A stretch of DNA of 64,000 nt from an uncultured Gammaproteobacteria bacterium (GTDB lineage Bacteria > Patescibacteriota > Microgenomatia > Levybacterales > GWA1-39-11). Below the pieces are notes generated by a model. That model was not told where the DNA came from, did not search any database, and was given only the letters and a program-made list of their open reading frames with translations. The position numbers and the translations under genes are program-made. Position 1 is the stretch's first letter; each line of letters begins with the position of its first letter. This document shows positions 56,831 through 64,000 of this stretch, one piece after another. The stretch is from NCBI GenBank assembly GCA_964504535.1, contig CAZDED010000003.1, positions 70,850 through 134,849 on the forward strand, read 5' to 3'.

Positions 56831-58132
56831 ATGAGGTATTCAAAAAAACAACTTCTAATTATCTCTAGGAAGATTTCAACAGGTGGCAAGATAACGCCAA
56901 AAGAAATGGAGCTTATCCTTTCTTTTGAGAGGAAAGACGAAGAAGTAAAATTGGTTGGTCTTCTAAAAAAATCTGCTGTACCCCTTGGACTCACCTTAGG
57001 ATTTGCAATGGCAGTCTTTCCGCAAGTTGCTGACAATGTTTCGCACTCTCTCCCACAATGGACCAATCTTCCAGACCCTATTCATGATGGATTAAACTAC
57101 ATATGGAATATAATTGGAGACACTGTTGACCAAAAAAATGTCTTGTACCACATTCCAAATATCATTCTCTACTCTTTCGGCTTTTTGGGAATCAAAAAAT
57201 TGTTTGATGCAATTGACAGACGTACATGGGTTGATAAAGTAAATTTTGCAAAAGGAGTGCTTACCAAAAGCCTTTCTAACGGGACTCTCGATCTTGATCT
57301 TTCAAAAGGACACTCGGTTCTTTTTTCAGGAAATGGGGATTTTGTTGCTACCCAATTCGTACTCAATCACAAGACATCTGACGCAGTGACAATAGCAGGT
57401 GTAAAACCTACTTACACTAATGTATGGAATTATTATGATGCAAATTCTTCATATGACGCTCTTGAAAAAGTGATAGCAAGGGTTTGTGATAAAACAACGG
57501 GTGAATATATTTTCTTTCCTGTTAAGGATGACCAAATTTTTCTTCCTGGCTTTAATTCTTATGATCTCTCTCCACACAAACTTGATATTCTGTGTCAAGA
57601 TCTTCGGACTATTGAAAAGAACGCTAAGTGGAAAGCGAAAAGAATACTTATAGTTGGTGATAGATTTCATAAGTCCTTTGTCCAATCGGAGGACAGACGG
57701 GGAAAAATAAAAAAGAGTGAAGATGTCATATCATTAGAAACGATATCAAAGAAATATCCAAATGTGACAATTGTAGATCCGACAGATATAGTCCTTAGAA
57801 AAGTTATTGAAATTGCCAAAGGAAGAGTTATTGCATTTCGAGCAACGAAAGAAGGAATTAGTGAATACAAGAAAAGATTTTATCAAAGGCTTGATGTCTT
57901 AAATTATCAACCAAGGAAAAATTCCAAAGGGATACTAACCATCGGTTATGACCTGTTGGAGGACCAAACAGAACAACAGACATTATCTCGAAAAATAGAT
58001 GACTACTACCCGGTTGTTCTTTCAAAAAGCGTTTCAGATGCTTTGTTACGAAATGGATACTCAAAGAATGACTTTATTTATGTACCAAATCTTGTTATTG
58101 AATATCTTTCACACGAGGCCTCCCGTCAATAA
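56831..58132 (+). CDS. Hypothetical membrane protein with large soluble C-terminal region
   Basis: 433-aa ORF, 2 TMs. Confidence 0.75.
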   Translation: MRYSKKQLLIISRKISTGGKITPKEMELILSFERKDEEVKLVGLLKKSAVPLGLTLGFAMAVFPQVADNVSHSLPQWTNLPDPIHDGLNYIWNIIGDTVDQKNVLYHIPNIILYSFGFLGIKKLFDAIDRRTWVDKVNFAKGVLTKSLSNGTLDLDLSKGHSVLFSGNGDFVATQFVLNHKTSDAVTIAGVKPTYTNVWNYYDANSSYDALEKVIARVCDKTTGEYIFFPVKDDQIFLPGFNSYDLSPHKLDILCQDLRTIEKNAKWKAKRILIVGDRFHKSFVQSEDRRGKIKKSEDVISLETISKKYPNVTIVDPTDIVLRKVIEIAKGRVIAFRATKEGISEYKKRFYQRLDVLNYQPRKNSKGILTIGYDLLEDQTEQQTLSRKIDDYYPVVLSKSVSDALLRNGYSKNDFIYVPNLVIEYLSHEASRQ

Positions 58133-58539
58133 TTATTGATTGGGGTTAGGGGTTTGCTACTATAGCACTCTGTTGCTATGTCCGCACTGATAAAAGACTC
58201 TCTGTGCTTGAAATTAATATCTGCAGTCCTTTCAGTTGTATTATCAAAAACTACTATTTCATTATTTGGGAACATCTCCTGTTTTATACCACCCACACTC
58301 CATTCAAGTGCACCCGTCTTTTGGTTTCTTACAAAAACATTCTCACCTAGAACTAATTTATAATTTACCAAACCATTTGTAGTATCAAGCAAATAAACCG
58401 GACTACCGGGATCGGTATTTTGAGGCTCAGTGTTGAAGGAGCATTTCATAAAATTGGTGTCTCGCTCCATCTCACAACCTGAAAATAACATACCCGAAAC
58501 AACAATAGAACCAACAACAGCTTTTCTAATTTCCAACAT
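58126..58539 (-). CDS. Putative lipoprotein
   Basis: Signal peptide with LFSGC lipobox. Confidence 0.65.
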   Translation of the reverse strand: MLEIRKAVVGSIVVSGMLFSGCEMERDTNFMKCSFNTEPQNTDPGSPVYLLDTTNGLVNYKLVLGENVFVRNQKTGALEWSVGGIKQEMFPNNEIVVFDNTTERTADINFKHRESFISADIATECYSSKPLTPINNY

Positions 58540-58562
58540 AAGGTGGTAATTATAACGTAAAG

Positions 58563-59198
58563 TTACGTGGTTGTCCCAAAATACCTATCACCAAAATCTC
58601 CAAGACCTGGAACGATATATTTTTTGTCATTAAGTCCCTGATCTATTGAGGCAACAATAAATTTAACATCTGAATAAGATTTTTGAATTTTTTTAATACC
58701 AAATATCGTTGATACAACAGAAATTATGCGGATTTCTTTCGGATTTTCAGGAATAATTCTTTTTATAACATGTAAAATTGTCCCTCCAGTAGCAAGCATT
58801 GGGTCAACAATAAGAATTGTGTCTTTTGAAGTTATTGGGGGAAGTTTCCAATAATATTCATGCGCAGTTGCGTTTTTTTCGTCTCTATAGATTCCAGCAT
58901 ACCCAACTGAAGCATCAGGCAGCATATCTAACACAGATGGTAACATGGCTATCCCAGATCTTAGAATTACAACAACGACAAAATTATCAGTAATTTGTCT
59001 TCCTGTCGTTAGCTTTATAGGAGTTTCAATATCAACAGATGATGTATCCTTTTTTAGGATACTATTACTAATCAATTGCCTACACAAGCGCTCTGAAAAA
59101 TATCTAAATTGTTGTACTCCAGTATCCTTGCTTCGTATATGTGAAAGTGCATCGTCAACAATTGGGTTTGAAACGACAGTTACATTTGCAGGTATCAT
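58563..59198 (-). CDS. upp: Uracil phosphoribosyltransferase
   Basis: ILRSG, RDE, DPMLATGG, YIVPGLGDFGDRYFGT. Confidence 0.96.
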   Translation of the reverse strand: MIPANVTVVSNPIVDDALSHIRSKDTGVQQFRYFSERLCRQLISNSILKKDTSSVDIETPIKLTTGRQITDNFVVVVILRSGIAMLPSVLDMLPDASVGYAGIYRDEKNATAHEYYWKLPPITSKDTILIVDPMLATGGTILHVIKRIIPENPKEIRIISVVSTIFGIKKIQKSYSDVKFIVASIDQGLNDKKYIVPGLGDFGDRYFGTTT

Positions 59199-59560
59199 AT
59201 TTTTTTCCCAGTATTCTTTAAATAACTATTAAGTATAAATAACCCACCAATCAGAAAAATAGGAAATGATATCAAAAAGAAATTCAGATAAAAGATATAC
59301 GTCTTAAATAAAATGGTAAAAATGAATGCTAATAAAATAAATATAACTCCTCCAATTTTTTCATATTTCCAAGCATAAGCTAACAAAATAGCAAGGATAA
59401 AATTGGGTATAAGATGCATAAAAAGAGCTACCGCGTAATATCCAAATGATTTTCCGGAAGTGAAAACATCAAGTGAAAAAATTGCAAGAAATAATATCAT
59501 TGCAACCCCCAATAATCTTGGGATCCAATATAAGTATCTGTATATTTTCATTTCTTTCAT
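59195..59560 (-). CDS. 4-TM membrane protein
   Basis: WIPR.L...F...FSLDVF...H..P. Confidence 0.8.
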   Translation of the reverse strand: MKEMKIYRYLYWIPRLLGVAMILFLAIFSLDVFTSGKSFGYYAVALFMHLIPNFILAILLAYAWKYEKIGGVIFILLAFIFTILFKTYIFYLNFFLISFPIFLIGGLFILNSYLKNTGKKI

Positions 59561-59575
59561 TATTCCTCCTTTGTC

Positions 59576-59815
59576 CTATTTGAACTTTGGATACATTATA
59601 GACTTTGATTCATCATCCTGTTCATCAATGTCGATATATGTATATTCGTATTCGTCATTATTGGTGAGAGATTGAATCTGATGACTAGTATTCACACTTA
59701 AATTTTCTCCATCAAACCATACCGCTCCGCAAGTATCACATAGATAACCACCTTTTGAGTTAACTTTAAATAGTATCTTCTTGATTGTATCTTCATCACA
59801 ATTCGGACATGTCAT
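59576..59815 (-). CDS. Zinc-ribbon protein (zf-TFIIB-like)
   Basis: CPNC...CDTCGAVW. Confidence 0.75.
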   Translation of the reverse strand: MTCPNCDEDTIKKILFKVNSKGGYLCDTCGAVWFDGENLSVNTSHQIQSLTNNDEYEYTYIDIDEQDDESKSIMYPKFK

Positions 59816-60489
59816 AAAAAATCACCTTCTTCCGTTTTATTTTTCTTAAAATGCTCTTTATATTGTTTTAATAAATTGATTATTTCTTCGTCAGTAATTT
59901 GCTTGAAAGCATCATAATAGGCTCCGACAGAACCTAGATAGATATCATCCGTCGGGATCAGAAGCGCTACAAGCTCCTCTACTTCTCTGATAAGAATATC
60001 TGCTGTAGATCTTGACACTACAGGCACTGCAACAATTATTTTTTTGGGATTGCGATATTTGAGTTCTGAAATAGCAACTCGCATAGTCAAGCCGGTAGCA
60101 ACACCATCATCGACAAGAATTACAATTTTATTTTCAGGGGACGAAATATATTCAGTTGAAGAATATATTTTTCTCCTACTTATTGCCAACTGATGTTCCT
60201 TTTCAATCTCTCTTTTCAACCAGTCTTCGTCAACTGTCACTGATTCATTTCTATTAATAATTACCATCCCATTTTCAGAAACTGCAGCTATGGCATACTC
60301 AGAATTATTGGGATGCCCAATTTTGCGAGTGACTACAATATCAAATAAAGCATTTAAATACTTAGCAATCTCTATTCCACACACAACTCCTCCCCGGGGA
60401 ATCCCGTATACCACTGTATTCATGCCATAATATTTCTTCAGCTTGCGGGCAAGTAGTGCTCCTGCCTCAACTCTATTAGTAAATTGCAT
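59812..60489 (-). CDS. Phosphoribosyltransferase family protein
   Basis: F.NR.EAG, PRGGV, RKIG.P...E.A, VDDGVATG.T. Confidence 0.92.
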   Translation of the reverse strand: MQFTNRVEAGALLARKLKKYYGMNTVVYGIPRGGVVCGIEIAKYLNALFDIVVTRKIGHPNNSEYAIAAVSENGMVIINRNESVTVDEDWLKREIEKEHQLAISRRKIYSSTEYISSPENKIVILVDDGVATGLTMRVAISELKYRNPKKIIVAVPVVSRSTADILIREVEELVALLIPTDDIYLGSVGAYYDAFKQITDEEIINLLKQYKEHFKKNKTEEGDFL

Positions 60490-60515
60490 AATCCCTTTTA
60501 GTAAAAAGCTATTAA

Positions 60516-60929
60516 TTACGAAATTTTAACTGCAATTTTCTTGGGTTTTGCTTCTAACGCTTTTGCAAAAGTGACTGTCATCACTCCATCCTTGCAAGTC
60601 GCATGTGGCTCTGCTTTTGGGTCAACATCGCCTGGTGACACCCTATAGAGAAAAGATCTTGTTGCACGTCTTTGATATGTCTTCCCCTTTTCTTCTTCTT
60701 TCTTCTCACCCTTTATTGTTAATACACCCTTAGTGAAGGTGACATCCACTTCTCTAGGATCTACCCCAGGAACTGCAGCCTCAACAAATACATTCTTGTT
60801 ATTTTCTGAAACAGTCAACCCATTTAAGTAATTGTTGGTTGGTAACATATCCTCTATCTCTTCGATGAAAGTAGGAAAAGATATCATTGGCAATCTCCAA
60901 AAATTTTTTGGTATCAAATCACCCGTCAT
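60516..60929 (-). CDS. Hsp20 small heat-shock protein
   Basis: VPGV, GVLTIKGE, A...DGV.TV. Confidence 0.9.
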   Translation of the reverse strand: MTGDLIPKNFWRLPMISFPTFIEEIEDMLPTNNYLNGLTVSENNKNVFVEAAVPGVDPREVDVTFTKGVLTIKGEKKEEEKGKTYQRRATRSFLYRVSPGDVDPKAEPHATCKDGVMTVTFAKALEAKPKKIAVKIS

Positions 60930-61438
60930 ATTTTTTCACCTCCTATCGTCGAAGGTCTTACCGTTAATACTGGACATTCTGCGTGTTGTATTATGTGTTT
61001 TGCTACTGATCCCAAAAGAACACCGCCAAGCCCAGTACGCCCATGCGTCGACATTGCTATCAAATCGACCTTCTCTTTTTTTGCAACATATAATATCGCT
61101 TCCTGGGCAAATCCCTCCCTAACATCCATTTTGATTTTCATTACTCCTTGGTCTTCAAACTCTTTTCTGATTTTATTAAGATTGTTTTTAGCTTTTTCTT
61201 TTATGACTTTTGTCAGCTTTAATAATTCTTCACCTAATGGGGAAATTGGTGGGTACATAGAAATGTTTGGGATTGCTATCCCAGAAGCCTCCTGTTTTGC
61301 TGAATCAATAATTTGAAGCAATAAAATTTCCGAATCGTATACTTTTGCTAATGAGACAACATATGGAATAATTGCTGATGCGCACTTAGAAGCATCATGA
61401 GTCATTAAGATTCTCTTGTAATTTATATTCCTACCCAT
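60926..61438 (-). CDS. Universal stress protein
   Basis: YKRIL..HD.S, DLIAMSTHGRTG...LLGSVA...A.CPVL. Confidence 0.93.
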   Translation of the reverse strand: MGRNINYKRILMTHDASKCASAIIPYVVSLAKVYDSEILLLQIIDSAKQEASGIAIPNISMYPPISPLGEELLKLTKVIKEKAKNNLNKIRKEFEDQGVMKIKMDVREGFAQEAILYVAKKEKVDLIAMSTHGRTGLGGVLLGSVAKHIIQHAECPVLTVRPSTIGGEKI

Positions 61439-61499
61439 ATAGCACATTTATAGAACTTATATTGTGAAAAGTCGATGATCCAAATCACAATGGACTATA

Positions 61500-62756
61500 T
61501 TACTTCGGGAGGACTTTTACTTGTGGGAGAGGGACAATAAATTTTGTTCCATTATTTACTAATTCTTTTTCACGAGCCATAAACCCATCGACAAAACTAT
61601 ATGGCAGTGCCAAAAGATAATCCGGCTTTGTTCTACGAAGTGCTTTCTCATCTTTTATCAAAATGTCAGCTCCGATAATATATTTCCCGAATTTAAAAGG
61701 ATTGCTGTCAGCTGCTGCATCAATATCTTTATTCGTGATATCACAATATTGTAAAATCGTACTCCCTTTGGTGGAAGCGCCATAAATCCAAATGCTTTTA
61801 TTTTCTTTTTTAAGTTTTGTTATAAGTTTTTGAAGATCAATCTTAGTCTTTTCTATCCTTTGCATAAAGTCTTTATAAGTTTTTACACTATTTAGTTTTT
61901 GTTTTTTTTCATTACTTAATATTTTCTTAAGCCTTTTTGTAGTTTTAAGTTTTAAGTTTGAAGTTTTTTTAACGAAAATTCGAAAACTCCCTCCATAAAC
62001 GTCATTGAGCATCACATCAAAAACCTCAAGCCCTGCTTTTTCCATAATCCATACCATATTTGTAGCAGTGTAATACCCTGCGTGTTCGTGGACGATATTG
62101 TCATACATATTTGTTGTTATCATCGTAGGCAGATATGCCATCTGTATGACCCACACACTATCCTCGTCCATAACATCTCTCACTTCTTTCGAAAAAGCCA
62201 CTGGGTCTGACAGATGATAGAACATAGCGATACTAAAAATTAACTTTGCCTTTTTGGCTGTTACCGTGTCGTATGTTTTTTTATTGAAGAAATCACAAAT
62301 ATAACGGTATCTAGTAGATTTGAAAACCGGCTTTATTTTTTGAGCGGGATCTATTGTTAAAAGATCCAATTTTTCTTTAGCAAAAAAAGAAAGAAGTGTC
62401 CCATCATTGCCACCGATATCTAAAATAAGATCATCCTTCTTCATTTGGACTAACGGATATGCACTGTCAACAACGTCTTTAAGAATTCCCACCATTGAAG
62501 AATTCGTTGAACTTGAGTATGGATACAATTCATACATTGAATCAAGGTTAATAAAATGCGCAAGCTGTAATGCACCGCAGGTGTTTTTTGTTTTTTTACA
62601 AAGTACGAGATCTAGGGGATACTTTTGCGCTTTCTTTCTGTAAGAAAGATTTTCCGGAAATACAGAGGAAAGATATTGGTCACCAAGATCTATGACCGGA
62701 AGAAGATCTGTATTTTTACAGACTCTACATTTTTTGACTTTTGTAACGTTGATCAT
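61500..62756 (-). CDS. NDP-hexose C-methyltransferase-like SAM enzyme
   Basis: CRVC..DLG..YPL, DIGGNDG.LL, YD.I.HEH, YGA.TKG. Confidence 0.88.
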   Translation of the reverse strand: MINVTKVKKCRVCKNTDLLPVIDLGDQYLSSVFPENLSYRKKAQKYPLDLVLCKKTKNTCGALQLAHFINLDSMYELYPYSSSTNSSMVGILKDVVDSAYPLVQMKKDDLILDIGGNDGTLLSFFAKEKLDLLTIDPAQKIKPVFKSTRYRYICDFFNKKTYDTVTAKKAKLIFSIAMFYHLSDPVAFSKEVRDVMDEDSVWVIQMAYLPTMITTNMYDNIVHEHAGYYTATNMVWIMEKAGLEVFDVMLNDVYGGSFRIFVKKTSNLKLKTTKRLKKILSNEKKQKLNSVKTYKDFMQRIEKTKIDLQKLITKLKKENKSIWIYGASTKGSTILQYCDITNKDIDAAADSNPFKFGKYIIGADILIKDEKALRRTKPDYLLALPYSFVDGFMAREKELVNNGTKFIVPLPQVKVLPK

Positions 62757-63451
62757 ATATTTTTTATTCTTTCATTTAGATACTTTAGAATTTCTCTCGC
62801 ATCCGGAAATTCGGGCAACGGATTTTTGACAATTTGATGATCTAATTTCCCTTGAAATGGTACAACAATTTTTAAGTGTTTTGCAATTGCCTCAAGTGAT
62901 AGTGAATTTCTTGCACCTACCTCTACGATCCCAGTCGTATCCAAATTTTTTGCGATCCAATCTGTCACAAAATCAAGACTGGCAAAGCTATAGCGACTTC
63001 TACCGTCAACCCAAACTTTCTGCTTATTGAGTATATCAATGACGGATCCTTTTGAAAGCGTGTCTCCAAATGTTGATGTAAGACGCACTATTAAATTGTT
63101 GCCAAACAAACTTATCTTTTCGGCAGCCGCTTTGTTTCTACCATATACTTTATCCAATTCTGATCGAGCTGAAATTGTACTGATCTGAACAAACTTCTTA
63201 TATTTCCATGTGTAGACAAGATCTGCAGTTTTTCTTACTGTCTCAATGAAATCTTTTTCAGGATTTTGTTCTGCCCACAGCCTTTTTGCCGGCATTGCTG
63301 CATTGATCACAATATCAAAAGATCTTTTTGAAAAGTATGAATAATTGTCCCGTGTTACTCCTGTGACTTTGTATTTTTTGTCTTTTTGTAATTTCTCAAA
63401 AAGAGCACTTCCAATATAACCGCCAGAACCTATCACCGCCACCTGCTTCAT
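62753..63451 (-). CDS. NAD-dependent epimerase/dehydratase/reductase
   Basis: GSGGYIG, IST, YGRNK. Confidence 0.85.
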   Translation of the reverse strand: MKQVAVIGSGGYIGSALFEKLQKDKKYKVTGVTRDNYSYFSKRSFDIVINAAMPAKRLWAEQNPEKDFIETVRKTADLVYTWKYKKFVQISTISARSELDKVYGRNKAAAEKISLFGNNLIVRLTSTFGDTLSKGSVIDILNKQKVWVDGRSRYSFASLDFVTDWIAKNLDTTGIVEVGARNSLSLEAIAKHLKIVVPFQGKLDHQIVKNPLPEFPDAREILKYLNERIKNI

Positions 63452-63864
63452 GAAGACTTCTGAATAACATCAATCCTAACAATAGGAGTCTTACAATCAT
63501 CCCAAGGTTTTGTCAGCAACGCAATTGCCGTCACGTTTGTTATTGCTTGGAAAGCATGCGCTACTCCGGGAGGAGTCCGTACGCAAGTACCGCGACTCAT
63601 ATGCACTACATTTTCTGGAGTCCCTTTCTCCGCTTTATAAACCATTGCCCCTGATCCTTCAACAACTAAAAAATATTCAACAAATTCAGGATGGTAGTGA
63701 TTTCCACGAATTATTCCTGTATTAAAATAGAGAAGATTGAATTCACGAATAGCATCCGGAGGTACCCAGGTAAATATCCCACCTCGCCCGTCTAACAACG
63801 TCTTGGTATCACAACTAGGTCTTAACAGGGTTGGTTTTTCTTTCTTTGGAAGACTTTTTTTCAT
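63448..63864 (-). CDS. Cupin (NDP-sugar isomerase/epimerase-like)
   Basis: D.RG, RGNHYH..E, PPGVAH. Confidence 0.82.
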   Translation of the reverse strand: MKKSLPKKEKPTLLRPSCDTKTLLDGRGGIFTWVPPDAIREFNLLYFNTGIIRGNHYHPEFVEYFLVVEGSGAMVYKAEKGTPENVVHMSRGTCVRTPPGVAHAFQAITNVTAIALLTKPWDDCKTPIVRIDVIQKSS

Positions 63865-64000
63865 TAAAGCAAGTCCCAGTATAGCAAGAGGTTATTAAGA
63901 ATACAAATGAGATTTTCTAGATTTAGCAAGGAGAATCGATCTAATATCCACTGTTATCAGAAGCACTGTCTTATTGACCTTCTTGTGGCACATATTGTTG

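Overview
Chromosomal segment of a small-genome bacterium. It is inferred to be Patescibacteria/CPR (Microgenomates-like) from gene content, compact housekeeping genes and widespread leaderless starts. Core genes include the gyrA 3' end, folD, a single Xer recombinase, ruvC-yebC, efp, an M1 aminopeptidase, dnaB, cysS, ctpA, rpsF-ssb-rpsR, htrA, hisS, rpmE-prfA, proS, prs, dnaX, ybeY, rpsU, ychF, upp, tRNA-Leu(CAA) and tRNA-Ala(CGC). The most notable features are non-coding. (1) A ~750-nt GC-rich, ORF-poor, heavily base-paired segment (~50474-51230) has its own sigma70-type promoter and long-range helices. It lies antisense between the HIT gene and rpsU and is a candidate large ncRNA that I cannot assign to a known class. 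(2) A 1.1-kb gene-free region beside the xer gene holds an 11-6-11 dif-like site and a dense array of TAGCCTCAAA sites, and a matching dif half-site overlaps the xer promoter. A variant of the TAGCCTCAAA motif also clusters upstream of the candidate ncRNA. (3) Several GC-rich mini-cassettes of tiny membrane proteins share boxA-like leaders, and some share repeated junction hairpins or a conserved 3' RNA motif. (4) Pervasive 7-nt-periodic repeats occur between genes and in-frame inside DnaX and RluA. All calls come from reading the sequence by eye; no searches or folding programs were run.
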